DNA of 64,000 nt from assembly GCA_007376135.1 (NCBI GenBank), contig VMFR01000003.1, positions 75,660 through 139,659 on the forward strand. Direction: 5' to 3'. Shown here piece by piece: positions 54,875 to 63,940 of the stretch. Positions within the stretch are counted from its first letter, which is position 1, and each line of letters begins with the position of its first letter. A model generated the notes under the pieces. The model made no database searches. It was given only the letters and a program-made list of their open reading frames with translations, and had not been told where the DNA came from. Made by a program: the position numbers and the translations under genes. The DNA is from Parcubacteria group bacterium Gr01-1014_31. GTDB lineage: Bacteria > Patescibacteriota > Patescibacteriia > Buchananbacterales > GWA2-38-13.

Positions 54875-55852
54875 TCAGCACGTCCCCGAGTGGTGCCGAT
54901 GAAGGATGCGGCAGACGGCGATAAGGCCGATGATGAATACCACGAGGTAGCTGAACGACAGCCAGCGCAGATTAGAGTTCCGGGCCGCGAACGCCTGCGC
55001 GGCGGGCTGTTGCACCAATACGCCCCAGCCGTGGGTCAGCACCGGTTCGAACGCGGTTACCATCGGTTGTTTGGTGATAGGGTCAGGAATAACGACGACA
55101 TCGTTTTCGCCCCGCGCGAGGCGTTGGGCGACCGGCCAGTCGGACAGGTTGACGATGTCTTGTTGGGGTTGCAAGTAGGGATGGGTAACGACGTTGCCGT
55201 GGTGGTCAAGGATAGCGATGTAGCCGAGGTCGCCGACCTTGATATTTTTGCTCCACTGGAGGAAATATTCTATGTCGATCTGCAGGCCGAGAATTCCCGC
55301 CAGCCGTTGGTCGTTCCCCATGATGGGTACGCCGACCATGACGACGTTGAGTCTCGGTTCTGCCGCGCGCCGGTAGACCTCGGACACGTAGGGGGCGCCG
55401 GCCGCCATGAGGCCGCGGTACCAGTCGCGGTCGGCGAAATTTTTCCCGATGACGTCGGGCAGTTGCGGGTCGTCGGCTTGCAGCGTTCCCGCGGCATCGA
55501 AGAGGAGCGCGCGGTCGATGGGCAGATCATCGGCCAGCGTCCGAAAGATCTCGAGAATGCTTTCGGCATCCTTCCATTGTCCGGTAGTAACCGCGCCCCG
55601 CAGCACCGGGTGGATGGAGAGCGTCAGACCAAGTGTTTTGACGCGGTCGATGCTTTCGTTGAGCGTCTGCGCCGCTGATTGCGCCAACGATTGCCGGCGC
55701 GCCAGCGTCAGGTCTGTCAGTCCGGCGTTGACTCTCCAGAAGCTGAAGACCGCGATCGCCAGTGAAGGCAACAGCAGCGCCGCGATGATGGCAGCGTGGC
55801 GAATGAGGGTGGTGGGCGATTTTTTTCGAGGTGGCGCCTCTAGGTTAGCCAT
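54875..55852 (-). CDS. Cache-type extracytoplasmic sensor domain protein (TM-sensor-TM) with no output domain
   Basis: N-terminal TM, periplasmic region of about 250 aa with a dCache-like pattern, a second TM, then ends (…CRILHRHHSGTC). Confidence 0.6.
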   Translation of the reverse strand: MANLEAPPRKKSPTTLIRHAAIIAALLLPSLAIAVFSFWRVNAGLTDLTLARRQSLAQSAAQTLNESIDRVKTLGLTLSIHPVLRGAVTTGQWKDAESILEIFRTLADDLPIDRALLFDAAGTLQADDPQLPDVIGKNFADRDWYRGLMAAGAPYVSEVYRRAAEPRLNVVMVGVPIMGNDQRLAGILGLQIDIEYFLQWSKNIKVGDLGYIAILDHHGNVVTHPYLQPQQDIVNLSDWPVAQRLARGENDVVVIPDPITKQPMVTAFEPVLTHGWGVLVQQPAAQAFAARNSNLRWLSFSYLVVFIIGLIAVCRILHRHHSGTC

Positions 55853-55915
55853 AACTCCTTTAGTATAATCCTTTTTCGGGCTGCTTGCGGTCGGCCTGGG
55901 GATAGGTGGCTGGCC

Positions 55916-55943
55916 TTGACTTTCCCGAGCTGCTTTTTATACT
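55916..55943 (+). promoter_or_regulatory. sigma70-like promoter (TTGACT-16-TATACT)
   Basis: Drives a unit of about 150 nt that ends at a terminator. Confidence 0.45.
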
Positions 55944-55985
55944 AAACCCAAGTATCGGCACCTTCCATCAACCGGAGGGAATCGT

Positions 55986-56027
55986 ATGCGAAACGAGGTC
56001 CTCCTCGAGTTCGGTTCCGGCAGCTAG
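55986..56027 (+). CDS. 13-codon mini-ORF (MRNEVLLEFGSGS) within a candidate sRNA
   Basis: GGAGGGA 7 nt upstream of the ATG. Confidence 0.25.
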   Translation: MRNEVLLEFGSGS

Positions 56028-56056
56028 CCACGGTGGTTGGCTGCCATCCCAAGGTA

Positions 56057-56094
56057 GGGCGGAGTCTCAGGAAGAGATTTCCGCCCGTTTTTTT
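56057..56094 (+). terminator. intrinsic terminator
   Basis: gggcggag-...-ttccgccc hairpin plus ttttttta. Confidence 0.6.
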
Positions 56095-56147
56095 ATTCCG
56101 CGACCTCCGTCAAGCGTCGGGCGGTGGGGCGACGGGCGGATTCGGGG

Positions 56148-58004
56148 TTATTCTTTCGCCACAACGACCGTACCGAGTCGCGCCTCCGGCTGTTGGACGG
56201 TGACCGTTGCGGTGTAGACCCACTTCGCATACAGGTCGTCTTTGAGCGCCGATTCATTCCCGAAGAAACAATGCAGCGAGCATTCCACGCGCAGGGTGTA
56301 CTGGCCGTAAGGCACCGCGGGCGTGCTGACCGTGCCGTCGGCTTCGGTGAAGCGGACGACATCGGCGGCGATCCCGGCGACATACCTGCCGACCGCGTTG
56401 CCTTGCTGGTCGGCGAGCCACACTTTTGCGCTCTGCGCCGGCACGCCGGCGGGGTTTGTGACCGTCGCTGTGACCTTGCCACTCGCGCCAACCGATGGGG
56501 CGGGGGAGGGGCTCGGTACAGCCGCTGCCTGCGTCTTGGCCGGAGCGGCGGTCGTTACCGCTTTGGCGCGAAAGGTAGCCAACACTTGTCGGAAGACTTG
56601 GGTGGCAACGCCGGTCTCGCGCTGGCTGTTGCCGAAAAAGAAATAGTACACGTGGCCTTCAATCGGAAGGTTTTTTGTTCCAGTTTTTGCCGTCGCCATG
56701 ATCTCCAGCCGGTCGTTGCCGCGAGCGGTACCCATGAGCGAGCCTTGAATTTCCCGAGTGCTGGCGATCTGTACGTCCGCACCGCTCACCGTCAACTCCC
56801 ATACCTCATCGGTCATCCCCAGGCCGGAAGGCGTTGGGTCCATGCCGACCTCAAAATATTCGCCATCCGGGCCGGTGAAGCGGAACGCCTGGGCGAATTG
56901 GCCGCGGTACTGCGGGTTTTTTTCCTGCCAAGTCGTCGGAATATCAAGGGAAAAGGTCTCCTTGGTTAGGGTCTTCCAGGTTTCTGCGGGGGGTTGGGGC
57001 TTTTGTTTGGCCAGCGTTTCGTTTGCCGCCGTGGATACCAGGTAGCCAGTTTCCAACGGCGTGGCGGTATAGACCAACTGGTAGATCCGGTCGCCGATCT
57101 TGCCCAACTTGCTGCCTTTCTCGGCGATGTTCACGACGCTGGCGGCCAGCTCCAGGTGCCGGCCCAAGAATCCGAAGAAATTTTTGGTCGCGGTGTTAGC
57201 AGTAGCCCGTTCCGCCAAGATCTCTCCGGTTTTTATCGCCATCTGTTTGGCGGCTGCGCCCGATATCCGCAGCAGGTCCTCCCCGTCGCCCTTGCCCTGC
57301 ATGATGTCGGGTTGCCCGAGCGCGCGCGTCAGCTCGGCCAGGCCCGCCGCGGCGATCAATTTCAGGTCGCTGGCCGCGATGGTTTTATCCAGCGGAATGA
57401 ATAGGCTGACGCCGTCCAGGGTCGCGGCGAAGATGTTGACGGCCAGCGCCTGCTGGTCGCGCTCTTTGCCGCGATTGACGCGCTCGCGGACGAACGCTTT
57501 TTCCTCGGCGTCGCGGGTCCTACCCCAGCCGCCACTGTAGGCGCGCACCAAGTAGATGGCGTCGGCGTCCGGGGCAACCGCGACGCTTGGCGCCAGGTCG
57601 GTCTGGAATACTGCCTGTACGGCCGCATCCACGAGCAGGTGGACGACATCCAGGTAGCGGAAAACGCTCTTGGCTTCGGCGTACACGGTTCCGACCACGG
57701 CCCCCTCGTCCGAGTACGCGCTGCGTTTATCCTTGGCCTTGGCTGCAAGGTCTCCCGATGAAACAAAATCCTTGGCGTTCAGTTTGATGACGTAGCCAAT
57801 CCAGTCCACGCCACCGCCTTCTTTGGAAGCGATGTGAAAAGCGGTTTCATTCATTTCCCCAAGGACATAATCCTGGTCGGGGGTGAGGATTTTGAACACG
57901 GGCTCCGCCGAACGCGCGGGTGCGCCAAAGAGAAGTACTGCCGCCAGCATCGGTCCGAGCATGAACGCCAGCAGGGGACGCGGGTTGCGCGGAGAAGGGG
58001 CCAT
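56148..58004 (-). CDS. secreted protein with a C-terminal carboxypeptidase-regulatory-like (prealbumin-fold) domain
   Basis: Signal peptide; C-terminal GKVTATVTNPAGVPAQSAKVWLADQQG...YTLRVE. Confidence 0.5.
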   Translation of the reverse strand: MAPSPRNPRPLLAFMLGPMLAAVLLFGAPARSAEPVFKILTPDQDYVLGEMNETAFHIASKEGGGVDWIGYVIKLNAKDFVSSGDLAAKAKDKRSAYSDEGAVVGTVYAEAKSVFRYLDVVHLLVDAAVQAVFQTDLAPSVAVAPDADAIYLVRAYSGGWGRTRDAEEKAFVRERVNRGKERDQQALAVNIFAATLDGVSLFIPLDKTIAASDLKLIAAAGLAELTRALGQPDIMQGKGDGEDLLRISGAAAKQMAIKTGEILAERATANTATKNFFGFLGRHLELAASVVNIAEKGSKLGKIGDRIYQLVYTATPLETGYLVSTAANETLAKQKPQPPAETWKTLTKETFSLDIPTTWQEKNPQYRGQFAQAFRFTGPDGEYFEVGMDPTPSGLGMTDEVWELTVSGADVQIASTREIQGSLMGTARGNDRLEIMATAKTGTKNLPIEGHVYYFFFGNSQRETGVATQVFRQVLATFRAKAVTTAAPAKTQAAAVPSPSPAPSVGASGKVTATVTNPAGVPAQSAKVWLADQQGNAVGRYVAGIAADVVRFTEADGTVSTPAVPYGQYTLRVECSLHCFFGNESALKDDLYAKWVYTATVTVQQPEARLGTVVVAKE

Positions 58005-58008
58005 AGCA

Positions 58009-58578
58009 TTACGGATTCAGCGTCGCTAGCACGCTGGCAAGCGCTGCCTGTAGTGCCTGGCGATATTCGGGCTGGGCCAGCGGGTCGTCGCTTTGCAGCA
58101 CCTGACCGATGATCGTAGCGAACGCCGCGACCTTGGGGTCCTGGGTGATGACGGCAAGGATCTCTTTCGCTTGCTCGGGGTCGCTGGTCATCAGCTGTGG
58201 TGTAGCAAACACCAGTGCGACGGCCGTGGTTTGCGTATCAATGGTGACGTTTTCCGGTATGGCAACACCCTCGTCGGTTACCACAATATTCATGAGGCCG
58301 AATTCTTTGTCGCGCAGCATGGCCGCGACCATCGTGACGCCCGCGTCGTACGCGGCTGCCGTAAACGTGCCGTCAGCGTTCACTTCGCGGCTCTCTCCGT
58401 GGCTGACGATGGTGAATTCGTTGGGGGTGAAGCCCACTGGCGCGACCAGTGTTCCCTGGAGTTTTTTCCCGCCAGTGTCCGCGGGGGCGAGTACGGGGCT
58501 GTTGGATCGCTTCCACCACAGCAGCCCGGCCGCCGCGGCGATGACCGCGACGATGATGATGACAACTGGTCTTTTCAT
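58009..58578 (-). CDS. membrane-anchored/secreted hypothetical protein
   Basis: N-terminal TM/signal anchor. Confidence 0.4.
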   Translation of the reverse strand: MKRPVVIIIVAVIAAAAGLLWWKRSNSPVLAPADTGGKKLQGTLVAPVGFTPNEFTIVSHGESREVNADGTFTAAAYDAGVTMVAAMLRDKEFGLMNIVVTDEGVAIPENVTIDTQTTAVALVFATPQLMTSDPEQAKEILAVITQDPKVAAFATIIGQVLQSDDPLAQPEYRQALQAALASVLATLNP

Positions 58579-58604
58579 ACCGTTTCAGTATGGGCCGCAA
58601 GCGG

Positions 58605-59021
58605 CTATTTAGCAATCACGCCGCCCAGATAAATGAGGCCGGTTGCCAGGCTGTTGGTGATAATGATTCTGTAGATGGCATCAAAGTGGTAGTCGGGGCT
58701 GAAGAATACCAGCGCCGTGGCGAGCGCCAGCAATCCTAGCCACGCGGCCACGAAGTATTCGCCCAGGTGGCGGCTTTTGATACGAGACGTGCGCTTGCGC
58801 AGTTCTTTTAGGACGACGTAGATACCCAAGCCCCCGAGGTACGGTTCTTGCAGGGCATCCACCATGCCGTCCAGCACCACCGACTGCCCGCCGGCACGCA
58901 AGAGAAAGAGGAGCGACAGGGTCACCCCGTAGAGGTGGGTGAATCCGCCCAGGGCGACAAACAGCCAATCAATGGGGGCGAGTCTGCGCGCTGGTGTTGC
59001 CGTGCCGGATATTTGGGACAT
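58605..59021 (-). CDS. hypothetical membrane protein
   Basis: 4 predicted TM helices. Confidence 0.4.
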   Translation of the reverse strand: MSQISGTATPARRLAPIDWLFVALGGFTHLYGVTLSLLFLLRAGGQSVVLDGMVDALQEPYLGGLGIYVVLKELRKRTSRIKSRHLGEYFVAAWLGLLALATALVFFSPDYHFDAIYRIIITNSLATGLIYLGGVIAK

Positions 59022-59061
59022 AGTTCATCTCCACTATACACCGCAGCGTCAAGCCAAACAA

Positions 59062-59090
59062 AAAACAGGCAGCGGAGCCTGTTTTTGAAG
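59062..59090 (-). terminator. intrinsic terminator (paralogous to the one at 60722)
   Basis: caggctccgctgcctg hairpin plus ttttttg on the minus strand; shares the gccaaacaaaaaacaggca motif. Confidence 0.55.
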
Positions 59091-59175
59091 TCTGGCGGGC
59101 TGGACGGATTCCACTGCGCTTGAACCCGTCGTCGTCCGCCTGGGGCGGACTCCTCCCCCATAGAGCTTCCGCTCA

Positions 59176-60600
59176 TCATATCTCAAAGTTTTGACCGGCT
59201 GCGGGGATGGTTATATTGAGTGCCGGAAAATGTTGCTGGAGAACTGCCTTGAACGCGGTCGCCTGGGGCAGCTCCGTATGCACAAGGAAAACCCGCTGTA
59301 GATCCTTCATTTGGGAAACATACGCCAGGAGTCCCCGTTGGTCAGCGTGGGCGCTTAATTCATCGACCGTGACGACGCGCGCGTGGACGTCGTACATCCG
59401 GTTGTACACGCGCACAGGCGTGATGCCGTCCTGCAATTTTCTTCCCAAGGTATGCTCCGCCTGATAGCCGGTGAGCATGATGATCGCATTTGGGTCGCTG
59501 ACCCCGTACTCAAGATGGTTCAGGATGCGCCCGCCTTCGGCCATGCCGGAGGAAGCGATGACCATGTACGGACCGTGCGCCGCGGCCAACGCTCGTGATT
59601 CTTCGACCGTCTGGAGCGAGCGCAGATTGCGGAAGGAAAACGGCGACTCATTGCGGCTGATGAAATCGGCCCAAGTTTCCTGGTCAAAGTCATCGCGGTG
59701 GCTGGCAAATACGGCCGTGATGTCGCTCGCTAGCGGGCTGTCGAGGTAGATCGGTAGGGCCGGGATTTCACCCTGATCGTAGAGCTTGTGCAAAATGTAG
59801 ATGAGCTCCTGGGTCCGCCCCAGCGCGAAGGCCGGGATGATGATCTTCCGCTTATTGTGTACGGCATCGCGAATGATCTCTTTCAAGCGGTCCGCGATCT
59901 CCGCTATCGGGCGGTGATTTTTATTGCCGTAGGTGCACTCGATGATAAGCGTTTCGACCGGTTCGGCGATGATTTCCGGTTCATGGAGGAGTGGCACATT
60001 GGTATTCCCCAGGTCACCGGTATACGCCACGGTTGTGGTGCCGCCGGGTTGGTCGCATTGAACGACCGTTACCGCCGAGCCAAGAATGTGCCCGGCATCA
60101 TAAAATTTGAATCGGCAGCGCGGGTTGAGCGGTTGCCAGTTTTGTGCCGCATGGGCATAGGGGAGCGGCGCAAAGTGCGTGGCGGCTTCTTCAGCGTCCT
60201 CGGCGGAATATAACGGCTGCAGTATCTTTTCGTCGGCTGCCGCGTGTTTTTGCATGCGTAGGTAATCCTGCTGCTGAATTTTTGCCGAATCAAGCATGAT
60301 GAGGCGCGCAATCGCCGCGGTCGCGGGCGTGGCAAAAATTTTATGGCGATAGCCGTTCTTGACCAGGACCGGCAGCATACCGCAATGATCCGCGTGCGCA
60401 TGGGAAAGGATCGTCGCGGAAATATCACTGGCGCTGAAGGGGAGTATCCGGTTCAGGGCGTCCGCCTCATGGCGTTTCCCCTGGTGCAACCCGCAGTCCA
60501 GCAAAAGGCGGAATCCCTCGGATTCGATGAGGTGCTTTGAACCAGTGATGTTTTGCGCGGCGCCAAAAAAAGTGATCTGCATACCAGCAGTGTACGGCAT
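59176..60600 (-). CDS. beta-CASP family MBL-fold ribonuclease (RNase J / CPSF-like)
   Basis: HAHADHCG metallo-beta-lactamase motif, beta-CASP and RNA-specificity C-terminal regions; the start may be at MQITFFGAA (60582). Confidence 0.8.
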   Translation of the reverse strand: MPYTAGMQITFFGAAQNITGSKHLIESEGFRLLLDCGLHQGKRHEADALNRILPFSASDISATILSHAHADHCGMLPVLVKNGYRHKIFATPATAAIARLIMLDSAKIQQQDYLRMQKHAAADEKILQPLYSAEDAEEAATHFAPLPYAHAAQNWQPLNPRCRFKFYDAGHILGSAVTVVQCDQPGGTTTVAYTGDLGNTNVPLLHEPEIIAEPVETLIIECTYGNKNHRPIAEIADRLKEIIRDAVHNKRKIIIPAFALGRTQELIYILHKLYDQGEIPALPIYLDSPLASDITAVFASHRDDFDQETWADFISRNESPFSFRNLRSLQTVEESRALAAAHGPYMVIASSGMAEGGRILNHLEYGVSDPNAIIMLTGYQAEHTLGRKLQDGITPVRVYNRMYDVHARVVTVDELSAHADQRGLLAYVSQMKDLQRVFLVHTELPQATAFKAVLQQHFPALNITIPAAGQNFEI

Positions 60601-60721
60601 CCGCGCGAATTCGGAAACTCAAAAAACCTTTACGATGGATGCCGCTTGACTTGCGGAGTGGGGGACGACCTCGGTTCGGGCATAGGCCTTTCTACGTTAC
60701 GCCCTGCAGAGACCGGCCAAA

Positions 60722-60752
60722 CAAAAAACAGGCAACGGGTGCCTGGTTTTGG
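60722..60752 (-). terminator. intrinsic terminator
   Basis: caggcacccgttgcctg hairpin plus ttttttg on the minus strand. Confidence 0.5.
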
Positions 60753-60826
60753 TGGGGTGGGGAGGAGGTGAGAGAATTAAGTTTTTTAGTTTAATATTGC
60801 AGATTAGGCTTCACCGAAATCCTCCC

Positions 60827-61606
60827 TTAGAATGGGCATTTTGTGAACCAGTGCGGAATATCTTTAGTACTACTAAGATAGTAACCAATTACTTTTTTGC
60901 TGATAATAGCCGGGTTATCTTTTTTAACAGCAAAAACTAACTCATTCCATAAATATTTTTCAGTTGGCTGCCAATTTTTTGGGTAGAAGTCTTTTGATTT
61001 AAAGTGTATAAGATTATCTCTAGTGTTTTTTAACCAAATGTATTTTTGCCATATTTCCTTAGTTTTTATACTTTCTACATTATATATTTCAGAAAGAATG
61101 GCCCCCAATTTTTCATCGAGTGTTACGTTCCTTTCAATGAAATGCTTATCATGAATTTCAGTTCCCTCCCTTCTCTCTTTTGAATATTTATAATCATCGG
61201 GCAATGATTGATTCGCGAAATGTTCAATTGCAGAATATGCGAAAATATAGCCTTGCATTAATTTTTCTATGGCATCGAATAGTTTTCCAGTTTTTTCTAT
61301 GGGTACAGTTAAATGTGTACTTTCCCCGCTGAACGTATAGGGATTATGTGCGTTGAGTAAATTTTCACCTTCTTGCCATGATTTATAAGATACATTTAAC
61401 ATCATCGCGGTTATACTTGGTATAGGAAAACTAATAATTATCGACTCAAGGCCGTACCCCATGTTGCTAAGTCCGGCCACCACTACTGTTTCCTCATCTT
61501 TGTCCCCCCTGCGTTCTTCGGGGAATAATTTTTTTGGAAGCTTGCCAAAGTTGTATGTTCTCCAATCAAACTGCTCAGAGTCTTCTACTATATTTGTGCT
61601 ATCCAT
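60827..61606 (-). CDS. hypothetical protein encoded in a low-GC islet
   Basis: About 36% GC; no recognisable domain (an RDNLIH Rx4H motif near the C-terminus is not significant). Confidence 0.5.
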   Translation of the reverse strand: MDSTNIVEDSEQFDWRTYNFGKLPKKLFPEERRGDKDEETVVVAGLSNMGYGLESIIISFPIPSITAMMLNVSYKSWQEGENLLNAHNPYTFSGESTHLTVPIEKTGKLFDAIEKLMQGYIFAYSAIEHFANQSLPDDYKYSKERREGTEIHDKHFIERNVTLDEKLGAILSEIYNVESIKTKEIWQKYIWLKNTRDNLIHFKSKDFYPKNWQPTEKYLWNELVFAVKKDNPAIISKKVIGYYLSSTKDIPHWFTKCPF

Positions 61607-61754
61607 ATATTCTTTGACAACTCATTATGATGTTTAAGTCAGCGTTTGTTAGTTATCTGCGATCACGTCTTCGCCAGTGAAATCTAACCAGTTAGTCAAC
61701 CCTTTATTGTAATGCTGTACTGTAATAGATTACTCCTCACATGAGCTAATCGCA

Positions 61755-61821
61755 AACCAAAAAACCCGTTGCCACCACTCCAGCGGACTGGGGCATTAGC
61801 AACGGATACGGAATTTCGTGG
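61755..61821 (+). repeat. 67-bp direct repeat, left copy
   Basis: About 85% identical to 63551-63617; contains the ccgttgc...gcaacgg inverted repeat; also acts as a minus-strand terminator (hairpin plus ttttttgg). Confidence 0.65.
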
Positions 61822-61970
61822 AATTAGGGTCGAAGAAAGGGTCTAATTTCTGGGCTCTTGGGCGCCGTTTAGATGTCTTAGAATATCTTCTAATTGTGTT
61901 TGTTAATTAGTATAGAAAAGAAACCTTATTTTAAGCCAAATTACCCCCCTCTTCTAATTTCTTCTAATTC

Positions 61971-63410
61971 CTACTGAATCTCGTAAAAGGTTGAGGCGCC
62001 AGATCCCCGCATGCTCACAAGTCCCAATTCATCAAGCTTATTTAAATCATTTGAGATAGTCGCTCTTGATACCTTAGGAAAAAGTTGTTGGCATTCCTTA
62101 GCTGTCATTTTTAATCTATCCTGCAACGTGTTCCAAATAAATAATTGTCGCCGGTTTAGTTCTAGAAATTTCCTTCCCGGCAAGACAACCTTGAAATTGT
62201 TAGCCATGTTTTTAAAGATTGGTTCCGGTAATCCTCGTTCGTGCATTCTGGCCAACACAATATCAATACCGCGACCGTATTCCTCCAAATAGTCCATGTC
62301 TTTCAATATTGAGGCGATAACCTCATTGCGACTAAATTGCGCTTGCTTAATGTTTTCGACGCTGACGCCAGGAGGTAAGTTTCCTGGGTTAGAAATTTCA
62401 ATTCTATTGGAAAAGATGTTCACCTGGGTATAAGTTTCCGTAATCATATAATCTCTGTGAATAATGGCGTTCGCTACAATTTCTCTTAGGGCTTCTTCGG
62501 GGTATTCATATTCCTCTACTCGTTTAGTGCCTACAATTTTTGCGGCAACGGGTATATTCCTCAAAATAAATTTTTGTATTTCATCAATTTGTTGATCCAA
62601 TGTACCTGCAATATCTAGTTTATCGCCGATAGGGCTCGCAGAGTTAATACCGTTATATTTAACACACCGGATCATAAAACGATAAAACGCCCCGGTCTTT
62701 TGGGGCAGTTCTCTTGAAAAAATAAGAAAACCGCCAACCGTAGGGACATCCCGACCCCTTATTTGAACAACGATGCCGAGATTTTTCATTACAGCATAAG
62801 TAGGCCTACCATCAACTTTTCTATCTGTTTTAGAGGCACTTGTTGCTAAGAATTTTTTGATTTTTTCTCTCGAGAGCATCTTGATGTTCGTGTCTAAGGC
62901 TGGCTCCTTATCGTATTTATAAAGTGCAGAGTTGCGGATAAATTGTTTGAGCTCCTCAAAATTGATAGATCGAGAAGTATTACCCACCCTAATGCATGCT
63001 CCATGGGGCAATCCGATTTGCTTGTTATAACAGGGCTTTCTCTCGTCAGGGACGTGTCGTATGATAACAGCTAAAATATTTTTTCCTTCATAAGGAAAAA
63101 CTTTTAATTCCGGTATTTCTGCATTGACCATAACGTCACGAAAGTAGGCAACAATTTTTTCCTGAAGCTGGGCAATGTCCCTAAGACCAACTATAGAAAT
63201 TTCACGAATTCCATCTTTCCTCACTAATTCCTTAATCCCAAAAACAATTAGACCTCCTTCGGGGTTGTGTGAAAAAGAGGAAATTGCACGCCAAATATCT
63301 CCAGGAAGACCTCCTCGAGCATCTTTGAATTCTGTGTGAGAGTTTTCGCTCCCACTGCTTCGTGCAAAATTGATCCTCTTTTTAATTTCAGCTTCAGGCA
63401 TTGTAGCCAT
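61971..63410 (-). CDS. AlbA_2 (Schlafen-like) plus HATPase_c_4 plus C-terminal wHTH protein (putative DNA-binding, RecG-like ATP-binding-protein family)
   Basis: N-terminal AlbA_2-like (GGLIVFGI...), central HATPase_c_4-like (IVANAIIHRDY...), C-terminal HTH (TAKECQQLFPKVSRATISNDLNKLDELGLV); about 38% GC. Confidence 0.75.
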   Translation of the reverse strand: MATMPEAEIKKRINFARSSGSENSHTEFKDARGGLPGDIWRAISSFSHNPEGGLIVFGIKELVRKDGIREISIVGLRDIAQLQEKIVAYFRDVMVNAEIPELKVFPYEGKNILAVIIRHVPDERKPCYNKQIGLPHGACIRVGNTSRSINFEELKQFIRNSALYKYDKEPALDTNIKMLSREKIKKFLATSASKTDRKVDGRPTYAVMKNLGIVVQIRGRDVPTVGGFLIFSRELPQKTGAFYRFMIRCVKYNGINSASPIGDKLDIAGTLDQQIDEIQKFILRNIPVAAKIVGTKRVEEYEYPEEALREIVANAIIHRDYMITETYTQVNIFSNRIEISNPGNLPPGVSVENIKQAQFSRNEVIASILKDMDYLEEYGRGIDIVLARMHERGLPEPIFKNMANNFKVVLPGRKFLELNRRQLFIWNTLQDRLKMTAKECQQLFPKVSRATISNDLNKLDELGLVSMRGSGASTFYEIQ

Positions 63411-63521
63411 ACACTGTTATATACTATAACAAAATTGTAGTTATTGCCCTAGGGATAGGATGCTGACAGCAAACGGGCAGGACCTCTCCTCCGCGTTATG
63501 CTCCGGAGGGGCAGGCGGGAT

Positions 63522-63555
63522 TCACCCCTGTGGGTTCGAATCCCTCGCTCAACCA
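63522..63555 (+). other. tRNA 3'-end-like fragment (GGTTCGAATCC T-arm), no complete tRNA
   Basis: cctgtGGGTTCGAATCCCtcgctcaacca; no matching acceptor or anticodon arms upstream. Confidence 0.3.
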
Positions 63556-63617
63556 AAAATCCGTTGCTCAGACCCCCGGCGGTCTGGGGCATTGGCAACG
63601 GATACGGATTTTTCGGA
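63551..63617 (+). repeat. 67-bp direct repeat, right copy
   Basis: See the left copy; lies immediately after the tRNA-like fragment. Confidence 0.65.
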
Positions 63618-63646
63618 ACGATTTTCAAATTCCTAGGTAAACCCTC

Positions 63647-63940
63647 CTACTGCCATCTGAACAAGAGGGGAAAGATGAAGGTGATGAACGCGGTCCACGC
63701 CGCGTAGACGGGGAGGTATCCACCCAGCCAGTTGATCATTCGTTGTTTTGCGTCTCCTTTTCGGATGTCTTGCAGGAGCGCGGAGAGGAGCCCGATCGTA
63801 TTCAGGAAGATGAGAACGTTGGCGCCGAAAACCGCGATCCGGTTTGGCGTGAATCCGTAGCTGCTCAAACGGAAGAGAATTGCCGACAGTGCGACCGCAT
63901 CAATGATCAGGCCGGTCGCCAGCAAACCCAAGGCGACCAT
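63647..63940 (-). CDS. hypothetical membrane protein
   Basis: 97 aa with 3 TM helices. Confidence 0.4.
   Translation of the reverse strand: MVALGLLATGLIIDAVALSAILFRLSSYGFTPNRIAVFGANVLIFLNTIGLLSALLQDIRKGDAKQRMINWLGGYLPVYAAWTAFITFIFPLLFRWQ

Noticed and set aside
63465-63555. A complete tRNA gene around the GGTTCGAATCC motif
   Set aside because: No acceptor-stem complement and no 5+7+5 anticodon arm can be formed upstream. Retained only as a tRNA 3'-fragment.
63498-63707. 69-aa plus-strand ORF
   Set aside because: It spans the tRNA-like fragment and the 67-bp repeat and overlaps the 3' end of a minus-strand membrane-protein gene.
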